A DNA stretch of 64,000 nucleotides from IMG/VR virus record IMGVR_UViG_2599185261_000001, positions 2,531 through 66,530 of that record. One strand, written 5' to 3'. Origin of the DNA: a virus. Of this stretch, positions 11,532 through 21,871 are shown piece after piece. The notes under the pieces were generated by a model that saw only the letters and a program-made list of their open reading frames with translations, had not been told where the DNA came from and ran no database searches. Made by a program: the position numbers and the translations under genes. Each line of letters opens with the position of its first letter. The stretch's first letter is position 1.

Positions 11532-13247
11532 CTAGAATTCATAATTCAAATTAAAAGCAAACATTAAATCATCCGTGATGAACCCTTCTGGTTTAGACAA
11601 TGGATGCCCCATATAGAAGTCATAACCAAAATTTTGCCTGCTGCCTCTTATGCCAAGTGCTCCACCTGCTAAATGGGTACCTAATAAAAACTCTGTATCA
11701 GGACCAGTTACTACGCCATAATCAGTTGCTAAGTAAACTTGATAAGAGCCTGTTGGTGCGTGCCAAGAGAATTCACCACGGGTAAACCACCCATTATCCG
11801 CACTTAACGTCCGTTCACCATCAAATCCTCTGACGCTATAGCGACTACCGATGGAAAATTGATCTTGTGAAGTTAACCGATTGACAGCAATCTGCTGTTG
11901 ATGTTGTAGTGAAAAACTAAATTGATCGTTTTGAATCTTAAACGGTAAAGAAAGTCCCGCATCGAATCGCCAAATTTTTGCAAGCGCTGTACCCTCATCA
12001 AACAACTCTTCTGGTGCTGGCTTTGCACCAAACCAACGTGTTCCTCGTTGATAACTGATCCCACCATTTAACGTGAAATTTTCGAAATAGTGTTTGTGCT
12101 GTAATCCTAATTTCCAGGCGGAAGTGCGTCTTCTCTGAACCTCTATTTCAGTATCATCAATATAGTTTTTGGTGCTGCGATAATTAATGTCGTAACTAAC
12201 GGTCGTTTTATGCGATGCGGCTCTGTGCAGCATATGAGCCACTTGAAGGTTTAAACTATTATTGTCTCCACTATAAACATAATCAGTTGTCAGCCCTGCT
12301 ACGGTTTGATGGTAGTTATATCGACTACCTGTAAAGGAGAACAAAGTATCACCAAATGGTAAAGAATAATGCCCTGTTAGGTTTTGAGTTCCTTGTGAAC
12401 TTTTACCATGTACGTCATTATTCCAAGAAACATATGCTAAATCACTGAGTGCCAATGGGTTATCAACATATAAGGTTGCGCTCCCTTGATAGGTGCCTGT
12501 TGATTTTGAACCTGAGTTATCAAGAGACAAAGCAACACGCCAGAATTTCTTCTGATGACGTTTTATGACGATATCACTCTCACCTTGATTTTCGGTTGGC
12601 ACAATTTCCATCTCAGCTTGGACTGTCGAAAGACGCTGTAGGTTTTCTAAACCCTGTTCTATTTTTCGTAAATCCAATAAATCGCCAGACCTTGCTGGCA
12701 TTGCTGTCCATAAAAATGCATATTTAGCACTGCCTTCTTCAAAATAGACTTGACGAACTTTACCTGGGATAATTTTGAGCGTTAAAATACCTGTGGTTAA
12801 ATCTTGCTCCGGTGCAACGATACGAGTGGTAACGTACCCTCTATCAATGATTAAATTTTGTAAGTTACTAACTAACTGACTAATGCCTATTCCACCTAAG
12901 CATAATCCTTGCGCTGATTCTTTCACGAAATTAAGTGGAATAGCTTGTGGAAGCGATTCCTTATCTTCAATTACAATTTGATTAATGACAAAACAGATAT
13001 CCTCAGTTGGATAATCTGAAGAAGACGCTATTCCTGTGCTAGCATCAAATCGCACAGACGGCAATTCTTGAGCAAGCGCTGCCTGCCTTGCTTCCTGCCT
13101 CTGCTGTTGAATAATTTGTTGTTGTTTAATAATTTCATTTCCATTTACATTCAATTCTACGGCATCAATAGAATAAACAAAGAATACGCATAAAAATAAA
13201 ACAAAAGATTTAGAACAAATGGATAACACTGTAACCCCATTAAGCAA
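11532..13247 (-). CDS. cdiB: TpsB/CdiB (ShlB/FhaC/HecB family) outer-membrane transporter
   Basis: POTRA motifs (RGYVTTR, LDLRKIEQGLENL), VRGF loop (SIGSRYSVRGFDGE), C-terminal F; lies upstream of cdiA. Confidence 0.95.
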   Translation of the reverse strand: MLNGVTVLSICSKSFVLFLCVFFVYSIDAVELNVNGNEIIKQQQIIQQQRQEARQAALAQELPSVRFDASTGIASSSDYPTEDICFVINQIVIEDKESLPQAIPLNFVKESAQGLCLGGIGISQLVSNLQNLIIDRGYVTTRIVAPEQDLTTGILTLKIIPGKVRQVYFEEGSAKYAFLWTAMPARSGDLLDLRKIEQGLENLQRLSTVQAEMEIVPTENQGESDIVIKRHQKKFWRVALSLDNSGSKSTGTYQGSATLYVDNPLALSDLAYVSWNNDVHGKSSQGTQNLTGHYSLPFGDTLFSFTGSRYNYHQTVAGLTTDYVYSGDNNSLNLQVAHMLHRAASHKTTVSYDINYRSTKNYIDDTEIEVQRRRTSAWKLGLQHKHYFENFTLNGGISYQRGTRWFGAKPAPEELFDEGTALAKIWRFDAGLSLPFKIQNDQFSFSLQHQQQIAVNRLTSQDQFSIGSRYSVRGFDGERTLSADNGWFTRGEFSWHAPTGSYQVYLATDYGVVTGPDTEFLLGTHLAGGALGIRGSRQNFGYDFYMGHPLSKPEGFITDDLMFAFNLNYEF

Positions 13248-13397
13248 ATAAACAACTTTTCAAAAAATAAGATATAAATAAGATAATATATTTTCACAAG
13301 AAATGGGTTACGCAACTTAAATCAAGGCACTTATAACCTCTTAAAAGAAACATTAAACAATTTTAATATAAAAACATAATCACACAAAAAATATAAC

Positions 13398-13445
13398 AAT
13401 TAAATAATTAAATAATTAAATAATTAAATAATTAAATAATTAAAT
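13398..13445. repeat. Tandem repeat (AATTAAAT)x6 upstream of cdiB
   Basis: Six perfect 8-bp units, 150-200 bp upstream of the cdiB start. Confidence 0.9.
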
Positions 13446-14466
13446 GAAAAATTCACATAAAAATATAATACAACAAAGCAAATAAATTCTCCACTTTATT
13501 TTATGAATTATTTAAGTTATATATATTTAAGTTTTAAAAATAAATTACAGGTACATTTATATAAGTGTTATTCATATTGCTTATTTAAAAAAACCAACAC
13601 AATACTTCAATTACAAACTAAAATATAAATTTAAAAGAAAATTATATAACCAGTAACATAATTACCAATAGTTTAATAAAAAAACAACACTCACCTTTCA
13701 TTATTCAAACAATCACCAAATAAATAGAATCTAATTCATTACATTAATATAATTTAAAGTCAATTAAATATCAGCTATTTAAGTTACTATAAAATCGAAT
13801 CATAGCTTAATAATCATCATGCAACCTTAGTTTAATCACCTATTAAACGTAATAAATTTAATTTAAACAAACATGCATTACATATATCTTTCAGAGTTAT
13901 TTAATTATCAATCTAATTTTTTATAAACCAAGCTATATATCGCATTAACTTTTTAATAAGATATTATTTGCATAACTGAAATAATTAAAAATATTATAAA
14001 AATAAAAATAAAAATTAATTTAAAATAACTAACACCTATTATGATAATTATAAATAATTAGTAAAATAGCTATTGATAAATAAGATCTAGAATACGACAT
14101 AACATAAAGGAAATTTGCTTATCAACGATAAAGAGTGCATTTATATAATTAACTGATCGATTATAGAATATTACTATTAGACACAGTAAAAGGCCAAGTA
14201 ACATCCGAAAAAGAATGTATATTAGATCTTTTTATCGTATAAGTCGAATGTATCATAAGAATACATGTCTTGTTTACTACGCTACTAAATAGTTGCCATA
14301 CTTATTTATTACTGTTTGTAAGTTTGTTATAATATTTGTAAGAAAATTACGAATACATATTCTTATGCTACTACATGATTTAAATACAATATCACTACAG
14401 TTTTACCATCTATAATAGAAAGATTCTAACCTACATTTTTAATGACATTTAATACAAGGATATATT

Positions 14467-15144
14467 ATGAATAACATCGTAAAAGCATTACCTCTCGCAC
14501 TTATCACATTAACATTCTCAGCATTTTCTAATGTAGAGGGTACATATGCTGGTCATAACAAAGCACGCATTCATTTATGGTCTTACAAAGATTCTGATAT
14601 TTACCAATATCAATTAGTCTTTACGGACGCTTATGGCCAGCAACCAAATGCATTCCAAGCACCAAGTGCTGCTGAAATCACATTTGGTAAAACATATACA
14701 TTCAAACAAAATGGTAGCCGCTATGATGACACCCAGCCTAGCCAATGTATTATTAAAGCAACGTTTGATGAGGGAATACTTACGATTGACACTCAAAATG
14801 GTTGTAATGACTATACAGGTCAATATTCTTTTTCAACTAAAGCATCATACATTCCAGAAGAATATCGAGGTACTTGGAGTAAGGAACCTGATTGCAATAC
14901 AGTCGCAATCATAGATGAAACATGGTTTGCTGTAGATGCTGATTATGGTTCTGCATTTGTTGTTGATGTTGTAGATGGCAATGATCAAAGCCATAACATA
15001 GTTGGACTAGAGTATTATGAGGATTTCTATGGTTCAGCAGCGATTAATATAAAACGTATTGATGACAAACTTTATATAAAAGGTGAACATCATGCAATAC
15101 CTTATGATGATATATTTTCACGTTGCAATAAAAAATCATTTTAA
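14467..15144 (+). CDS. Hypothetical secreted protein
   Basis: AAGGA RBS, signal-peptide-like N-terminus, 225-aa ORF. Confidence 0.75.
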   Translation: MNNIVKALPLALITLTFSAFSNVEGTYAGHNKARIHLWSYKDSDIYQYQLVFTDAYGQQPNAFQAPSAAEITFGKTYTFKQNGSRYDDTQPSQCIIKATFDEGILTIDTQNGCNDYTGQYSFSTKASYIPEEYRGTWSKEPDCNTVAIIDETWFAVDADYGSAFVVDVVDGNDQSHNIVGLEYYEDFYGSAAINIKRIDDKLYIKGEHHAIPYDDIFSRCNKKSF

Positions 15145-15260
15145 CACCTGAAAATTCTGATTCATAAATGGTTTGAGCTTAATTAAGCAGCTATAGTTTT
15201 TGGGGGTTCTGCTAAGTTGCTAAGTAATTTATTATACTGTCAATGGTAATTTTAAAATCC

Positions 15261-15719
15261 TCACTTATTGATTTCAGAGTAACTGACACACGCTTCTGGA
15301 ATTCCATTATTACAAGACAAATTATAAAATTCCTTAGCTTTTTGATAATCTTGTTTTATCCCATACCCCTTATGATAGATTACTCCGAGTAAGAATTGCG
15401 CATCTGAATCTCCTTGACTAGACGCTAACTCAAAATATTTTTTAGCTTTGTAATAATCTTGTATTACTCCTTCACCAACATAATACATAGACCCAAGTTT
15501 AAATTGTGCATCGGAAAATCCTTGATTAGCCGATAAATCAAAATATTTTTTAGCTTCTTGGTAATCTTTTTTTGTCCCTACACCATAAGCATAAATAACC
15601 CCAAGATTATATTGAGCCTTAGCGTCTCCTTCAATTGCCATAGCTTCTAATTTTTTAAAATCAGCAAATATTGAAACAGAAAACAAGCAGAGAACATAAA
15701 ATAATATTTTTTTCATCAT
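15261..15719 (-). CDS. Sel1-repeat (SLR) exported protein
   Basis: AQYNLGVIYAYGVGTKKDYQEAKKYF-type repeats; signal peptide MMKKILF; GAGG RBS puts the start at ~15719 rather than 15794. Confidence 0.9.
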   Translation of the reverse strand: MMKKILFYVLCLFSVSIFADFKKLEAMAIEGDAKAQYNLGVIYAYGVGTKKDYQEAKKYFDLSANQGFSDAQFKLGSMYYVGEGVIQDYYKAKKYFELASSQGDSDAQFLLGVIYHKGYGIKQDYQKAKEFYNLSCNNGIPEACVSYSEINK

Positions 15720-15789
15720 CACCTCAATAGCAAAAGAATTACAGTAAAATTTTCGCTGCACTAAATAATGCTTATGATACCGCATACAA

Positions 15790-15974
15790 CTCACAATTAT
15801 TGTTTATTTAATTGTGTTTTTGTTTAGTTCGCTAACAGCGGGAAAGAACAGTTCAACCACCTAATTTCTTAATAAATTTACTGCTTCTTTATGTCTGAAA
15901 GTAAAGCCTAAAAAGTCAAATTTATTGTGTTTCACTCGTTTATTTGTCCACACATCACAATTTACTATTTTGCT
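15790..15974 (-). pseudogene. Relic of a group II intron reverse transcriptase/maturase
   Basis: Translates SKIVNCDVWTNKRVKHNKFDFLGFTFRHKEAVNLLRN*VVELFFPAVSELNKNTIK*; KIV.C, FDFLG.TFR and F.PAVS match RT domain 7 and the thumb start. Confidence 0.6.
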
Positions 15975-16724
15975 GCTGAGCCAGCTAAAACCATTATTGA
16001 AAGTCACGTTTAGCTTTGTTAGCGTGAGTGATTCGTACTCGCAGTTTTGATATGCAGTTTTGACATTACTTTTTACTTAACGACACGACATCAATGATTC
16101 ATTTTCATTCAGCTTATTACTACAGAACTGACAATTTAAACATTGTTTTTTAGCTCCGCGCTCACCACGAAATCACTAAAATAACTCAGCTAGAGCCGAT
16201 TTAACACCAAGTCATAAGAGCATAAATATTGAATTTTATTCTCTGGTTATACCAGTCTAAAGCAAGTTATGGTAACGTTTTTTTCAGTAAATTTATATAG
16301 GTGTATTCTTGTATTAGGTAATTTTTTAGAGGACTTATTATTTCTTTGAATGATAATCAGGTATTTAAATAACTTCCTTATTTAAAATGATTATCTCTAT
16401 GCTTTAGAAATTACTTGATTATTTAGTATTATTTAGCTACTTCATTAAGTTAAGACAATGTTTTCTGTGATCTATAACTCAAATCAGCATTAAACTCACC
16501 TTTTATTAACACATATCTAACATTTCTAGAATATATTGATTGATATACTTATTGAAGTATCCTACTTTGTTTATACTCAATTCTCTAAATTAGCAGAAAC
16601 TGAGCCTGTTCCAAGTATTATCCAAGATGTATTCGCGATTACTGAAGCCTGCATTTAAATTTTTTTATTGAGTATATGCTTTTAAATGTTTCATTTATAA
16701 CTCTCAAATTAAAGGTGGCAAATT

Positions 16725-18389
16725 ATGAATAGATTTAAATTGACTGCTATTATTTCCTATTTTTTATCAGTTCCCTTAATGTTTTTTCATGCACCAATAA
16801 CAGCAGATACTGAAAAAATTTCTAATGTAAAAAATGTTATTTTTTTAATTCCTGATGGTATGAGTGGCACAAGCGCTACACTTGCTAGGTTATATAAAGG
16901 TGAACATTTAGTAATGGATGGTCTGGCAAGTGGATTGATGAGTACATGGAGTGCTGATGGTACAGTTGCTGATTCAGCTCCTGCAGGTACAGCTATGGCA
17001 ACAAGTTGGAAAGCTCAAAGTGGTAATGTAGGTATCACTGGAGAAGTTTATGATTTCCCAAATGCTAAAACTCCACCAGAAACTGAAAGACTTAGACCAG
17101 TAGCTTCTTTATTAGAAGCGGCTAAGTTATCAGGTAAATCTGTTGGCATAGTTAGCACTAGCGAGTTTATGCATGCAACACCTGCGGCATTTACAGCTCA
17201 TGATATCTCAAGAAAAAATTATGACAATTTAACTGAGCAAATTTTGCATAATGGATTGACTGTAATTCTCGGGGGAGGACTTAAATATCTTCAAGTTGAT
17301 GAAAGAAAAGACAACGAGGATATGCAACTTATCGCTCAACAAGAAGGTTTTTCACGGGTTAATAATACATCTGAATTAATGGCATTCGATGGTCAAAAAT
17401 TATTAGGTGTATTTGCAAAAAATCCTAGTGCTACCTCAATATCTTATGATATAGATAGGGATAAAGACTTAGAACCAAGTTTATCGCAAATGACAAAAAA
17501 AGCGATTGAAATTTTAAATAAAAATGATGACGGATTTTTTTTAATGGTTGAAGGCTCTAAAGTTGACTGGGCTGCGCATGCAAATGATCCTATTGCTATT
17601 GTAAGTGAGGTATTAAGCTTTGATTCAGCAGTGCATGAAGCTTATGAATTTGCAAAAAAGGACCAAAATACACTCGTCATTATAGTTCCTGATCACGGTA
17701 ATTCAGGAATATCAATTGGTGATAGATCAACTAGTACATCATATAACAAGACACATTGGAGTAATTTTGTAGATCCATTAAAAAATGCAAAAATGACTGG
17801 TGAAGCTTTTGAGGACATACTTCCCAATAATTTTAGGGATCAATCAATAGAAGCATTCACACCAATTATTAGCCAACTTGTTGAACAAAATTTCGGAATT
17901 ACAGATTTAACGAATGAAGAAATTAAGTCAATTCATGAGGCTAAAGTTGGTTATATGGGGTATGCAATAGGCCCAATAATGGCAAATAGGGCTAAAATAG
18001 GTTTTACAACCAATGGGCACACTGGCCAGGACGTTATATTATATTCATATGATCCCCGTGGTAAATTAATCGGTGGTTTACTAGAAAACACCGAACTATC
18101 TGAATTTATAGCTAAATCGATAGGGGTTGATTTAGATAGAACAACAAATGAATTATTTATTAATGTCGAAAATGAGTTTAAAAATGATAGCAAAGTAATT
18201 ATTAAACAAAATGATGATGACCCTGAAAATCCGGTTCTGATTTTAACTAAAAATGATGATGTATTAATAATTCCTAGAAACAAAAATTATGTTACATTTA
18301 ATGATGATAAAATTTTTTCTAAAGGTGTTAATATTTTTAATGGGACGAATTGGTTTGTATCTGAATCTATTATCTCACTTATGAAGTAA
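16725..18389 (+). CDS. phoA: Alkaline phosphatase (PhoA family)
   Basis: NVIFLIPDGM, catalytic DSA, HATPAAF, MVEGSKVDWAAH.ND, DHG and GHTG motifs; signal peptide. Confidence 0.93.
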   Translation: MNRFKLTAIISYFLSVPLMFFHAPITADTEKISNVKNVIFLIPDGMSGTSATLARLYKGEHLVMDGLASGLMSTWSADGTVADSAPAGTAMATSWKAQSGNVGITGEVYDFPNAKTPPETERLRPVASLLEAAKLSGKSVGIVSTSEFMHATPAAFTAHDISRKNYDNLTEQILHNGLTVILGGGLKYLQVDERKDNEDMQLIAQQEGFSRVNNTSELMAFDGQKLLGVFAKNPSATSISYDIDRDKDLEPSLSQMTKKAIEILNKNDDGFFLMVEGSKVDWAAHANDPIAIVSEVLSFDSAVHEAYEFAKKDQNTLVIIVPDHGNSGISIGDRSTSTSYNKTHWSNFVDPLKNAKMTGEAFEDILPNNFRDQSIEAFTPIISQLVEQNFGITDLTNEEIKSIHEAKVGYMGYAIGPIMANRAKIGFTTNGHTGQDVILYSYDPRGKLIGGLLENTELSEFIAKSIGVDLDRTTNELFINVENEFKNDSKVIIKQNDDDPENPVLILTKNDDVLIIPRNKNYVTFNDDKIFSKGVNIFNGTNWFVSESIISLMK

Positions 18390-18416
18390 ACAGCATATCT
18401 AATTAAAAGTGACAAT

Positions 18417-18450
18417 TTCGAGCTAGATGTGACGTTACTCCTAGCTCGAA
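18417..18450. terminator. Inverted repeat between convergent phoA and hicB
   Basis: TTCGAGCTAG ... CTAGCTCGAA, 10-bp perfect stem. Confidence 0.55.
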
Positions 18451-18562
18451 TTCATTTGCCCAGTTAAATAATAACAAGTATAAGACACCCGTTTCGCTCG
18501 TTTGCGTTCACAGAACTGTTTGTGAAATTCTCCATTCATATAGCCCCTCTATTAATTATCAA

Positions 18563-18985
18563 TCAGGCCTTAGCTTTCTGTAACTCTTTTCTAGCGGCAT
18601 TCGCAAGAAAGTAACTCCTACTCTTATACTCAGCATTTGATTTAACAACTAAATCAATCTGATAAATTAACCTATGAGGCAAAGTAACATTAATTCTTTC
18701 AACTTTACCGTCATACTTTGATGTGTCTATGGAAACATTGAACCACTGACCATCTTGATATATACCATCTGAGTCATTTCTTAAATGCTCAAATACATTG
18801 CATGGCTGAGGTATATCGTCACCTTTCTCAGCTAATGATTCGAAGTGAAAATCAAGCGCACTTATCGCCTCGCTAAACAAATCTCCATCAGGCTCAATGG
18901 CAAAGTAACAGCCAACAACATCAGGAAAAAATCCACTCGCTGAACCATCTTCACCAAAATGCACATAAGCTGGGTAGATATTCAT
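18563..18985 (-). CDS. hicB: HicB antitoxin (RHH C-terminus)
   Basis: YPAYVH...GFFPDVVGC, A..AL..H, and C-terminal ERINVTLP..L...ID....SRS.FLA.AA. Confidence 0.9.
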   Translation of the reverse strand: MNIYPAYVHFGEDGSASGFFPDVVGCYFAIEPDGDLFSEAISALDFHFESLAEKGDDIPQPCNVFEHLRNDSDGIYQDGQWFNVSIDTSKYDGKVERINVTLPHRLIYQIDLVVKSNAEYKSRSYFLANAARKELQKAKA

Positions 18986-19046
18986 ATTTGTACTCCTTAA
19001 TTATAACTTATCATAAAGAGCGCGCCTTTCAGCGCTTCTCTTACAG

Positions 19047-19230
19047 TTATTTCAAATTTGCATCTTTCATAATTTTCTTAACTGTTCCAATTTGCATATC
19101 TTTTCGAGGGTGTGGAACAGTAATTGTTAGTGGGTTATCTGGGTGTTCGAATTGATGATGGCTGCCTTTTACTCTTTTTAACACCTAACCGTTTTTTTTC
19201 TAACAACTTTATCAATTCTGCACTAGTCAA
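19047..19230 (-). pseudogene. hicA: HicA toxin pseudogene
   Basis: Restored frame MTSAELIKLLEKNG*VLKRVKGSHHQFEHPDNPLTITVPHPRKDMQIGTVKKIMKDANLK; needs removal of one A from the A8 run (19192-19199) and has TAG where Trp is usual. Confidence 0.88.
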
Positions 19231-19259
19231 CTTCCCCCCTTATTTATTTCAATAGGCTT

Positions 19260-19304
19260 ATTATACACACGATACACAACAAGTAAATATTTAATGTGTG
19301 TATA
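19260..19304 (-). promoter_or_regulatory. hicAB promoter/operator
   Basis: TATAAT (minus strand, 19260-19265) overlapped by the inverted repeat TATACACAC (19262-19270) / GTGTGTATA (19296-19304). Confidence 0.5.
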
Positions 19305-19405
19305 GTGTGTTTTATTTATCTTTGGTTTTATTGTTAAAAAATACAGCTAGAGAACCAATTAAACAAAAAACCGCCACTTGGGCGGTTGAATATTATTTTT
19401 TGTTT

Positions 19406-20206
19406 TTATTGCAGTATATGAATATCACTGTGGCTTATGGGATAGCTTTTAAATTCAACAGGCAAGAAACCCAATGTTTTACAAATCCCTGTCGCCATAT
19501 CATTAAATGTATCTGATTCACCGGTAAAAAATACCCTCGTTTTCATTACATTGCCTGATACAAATACTCTGACTAAATAACGCTTTTAGAATGAGAACGG
19601 TATCAACTTATCAAAGCTAATGTCTTTTTTAGATTCTGGTTGCTCTGCTTCGAGTAGCTCGCCCACTAATGCCAACTTATGCACGTACTCTACAGCAACA
19701 GGAAGCATTGAAGGTTCTAGTTCATTAATATGTTTAACGTTGAATCTCTGATGAACGTATGAATACGCTTCTGGATAAAGAATGTGTTTTTTGCTTACTA
19801 AGAGGTTGATTGCGTCTCTTAGTGGTGTTCTGTCATCAGCTGTTGATTTGCTATTTGTGGTTGACTGATTAAAACTAGCTCTTAATCTTTTCTCGCACTC
19901 AATAAAGTACCGTCTAATTTCTCTTCCTTTATCGTTACGCTCAACCATCGCTAGTTCTTTTGCTGTATCGAGTGTTAGGTGGTAACCTTTTTTGTTGTGT
20001 CCGCCTCTACCTTTTTGCTTACCAATTTTGGTAAGCAAAATAAAGTCTTGATTTTCAATGAAACCGTAATCAGTTATACGTTCCATGATCCAACTTGCAA
20101 ATTGCTTTCCGACCTGCAAGAAAGCATGCAATTCTCGCGCATCACATAGTAAATTAGTTTCATTATTGATTTGACTCTCAAAGACAGGGATTAATTGATT
20201 AGTCAT
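19406..20206 (-). pseudogene. AntA/AntB-type antirepressor with probable premature stop at 19586
   Basis: CDARELHAFL...FASWI..RI..YGF.ENQDF, LDTAKELAMVERNDKGREIRRYFIECEK; the same frame continues 59 codons past the TAA (KRYLVRVF...HILQ*) to 19406, just before a terminator. Confidence 0.75.
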
Positions 20207-20549
20207 AATCGATAAATTTCAAAGAAATCATATGTTACTTTCTCAAGAGTCTGTTTTTTGTTTTTTTGGATTTCGATTGAATTACGCGGATCATCGCCAT
20301 TTGCTAAATGTTCTAAAAACTCTATTTTTTTATTTCTTGCATCTTTAAGTGATATGATGGGATATTAGCCAATTGTGATCACTGCTCTTTTTTTGTCGCC
20401 GGTGCATAGTACCTAAACCGCCAAGTTTTTGTACCATAAACCCTAATTAGCAACTCTAACCCATCACCGTCAAAAAGAGTACTATCAGAATCTGTTGGTT
20501 TAGTTTGTTTTATTTCTGCATCTATAAGAGGTCGAATTTTTTTAGCCAT
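20203..20549 (-). pseudogene. P4-type integrase N-terminal (arm-binding) relic
   Basis: MAKKIRPLIDAEIKQTKP...LFDGDGLELLI...GTKTWRFRYYAP...IG*YP.ISLKDAR...LANGDDP; frameshift in an A7 run, internal stop, truncated at the antirepressor start. Confidence 0.85.
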
Positions 20550-20761
20550 TTCAATGTTTTCCTTATTTATGGTAACACAAGGTTTTTTTCCTCATGCTGT
20601 GTTACCATCCATGTTACTATTATTGAATGCTACTATGGAATATGACCGAACAAGTGAGTACATTTGAGAACATAAAATTTACAAAAAACACGTTAAATAT
20701 ATGTCTTAAAAGGGAATTTTTAGGATAATAGAACAGATAAGAACAGGTGAGAATATTTGAT

Positions 20762-20779
20762 TGGCGTCCCCAGCAGGAA
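20762..20779 (-). other. att-like core: duplicated tRNA 3' end
   Basis: Minus strand TTCCTGCTGGGGACGCCA (T-stem 3' half, acceptor stem, CCA), resembling the tRNA-Arg(CCU) 3' end; no rest of a tRNA upstream; lies at the prophage/island boundary. Confidence 0.65.
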
Positions 20780-20893
20780 ACGTCTATCTATTTTATTCAA
20801 TGGTTTATTTTAATTATGCGCCTTTCGTGCGTACGCAGTTAAAAATAAGATAAATCTGATGTGTCAATTCATTTCTATTTCTTGTGAGTCTTT

Positions 20894-21793
20894 ATGTTAA
20901 AGCTAATTAAAAAAATATTCAATCGAGAAAAAACAGTCAACTCTTTTATTCCAACCTACATTCAAATCCTAGAATCAAAAAATCTTAAGCTTAAAACTCT
21001 AAATGATAAAAAGCTTCATTTAAGCAGATTCACATCTGCACTGGGTCATCGACTGCTTGATGATATTAAGCCAATTGATGTTATAAATCTAACACAACCA
21101 CTTGTCGAACAAGGCAAGCATAATTCAGCTCGAAAACTGTATTGGAACATCAAAGAGTTTTATTCCGAAGCTATCATCCACGGCTTGTGTGAATCAAGCC
21201 CTTTGACGCATATCAAACCGCCCAGAGATTCAGTAAAAAGAAATCGTTTAGCTACCAAAGATTTTTTAACTATGCTGCAAGCATCAAAACAACTCAATCG
21301 TAAAAAATGGTTTTATTTGGCTTTGCTATTAGCAGTAATCACAGGCCAACGCAGACATGATATATCGAAAATGAAATTCTCTGATATTTGGGACGGCTAT
21401 CTACACATTAAGCAGCAGAAGACAGGCGCTATGGTCGCACTACCAATTGATTTGCGTCTTGATGTAATTGGTATGTCAATTAATGATGTCGTTAGCTTAT
21501 GCAAAATTGGTAATAATTCTGAATTTCTACTAGTACATAAAAATAGCAGTCAAGTGCGTCCTCATTCACTGTCAGACGGATTTAGAACATTGTATGTAGA
21601 TTGCTTCGGAGAGTGGGAAAAAGAGGGTACTCAGCCGAGTTTTCATGAAATTCGCTCGCTATCAGAGCGATTGTATCGTGAGCAAGGGATTAACACCCAA
21701 GTACTACTTGGCCATAAAAGAGCATCAATGACTGATATGTATAATGATGATCGAGGTCTTAGTAGCAAGGATTGGAAAAGATTGAAACTTTAA
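20894..21793 (+). CDS. Tyrosine recombinase, lambda-Int-like core without an obvious arm-binding domain
   Basis: TGQRRHDI, QQKTG, FHEIRSL, LLGHK and MTDMY catalytic motifs; only 299 aa. Confidence 0.9.
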   Translation: MLKLIKKIFNREKTVNSFIPTYIQILESKNLKLKTLNDKKLHLSRFTSALGHRLLDDIKPIDVINLTQPLVEQGKHNSARKLYWNIKEFYSEAIIHGLCESSPLTHIKPPRDSVKRNRLATKDFLTMLQASKQLNRKKWFYLALLLAVITGQRRHDISKMKFSDIWDGYLHIKQQKTGAMVALPIDLRLDVIGMSINDVVSLCKIGNNSEFLLVHKNSSQVRPHSLSDGFRTLYVDCFGEWEKEGTQPSFHEIRSLSERLYREQGINTQVLLGHKRASMTDMYNDDRGLSSKDWKRLKL

Positions 21794-21871
21794 CTTGCTT
21801 GCATGATAAAATTCTTCATGTAGACTGCAGTCACCCTCACAGCAGTGAGTCTTTTCTTTTTTGAGGTATTT

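Noticed and set aside
13398..13445. CRISPR array
   Set aside because: Spacerless 8-bp tandem repeat. I saw no repeat-spacer array anywhere in the window.
19298..19516. 72-aa plus-strand ORF
   Set aside because: It overlaps the hic operator, a terminator and the minus-strand continuation of the antirepressor; no coding signals.
20762..20779. Complete tRNA gene
   Set aside because: Only the 3' 18 nt are present; there is no D arm, anticodon arm or GTTC.
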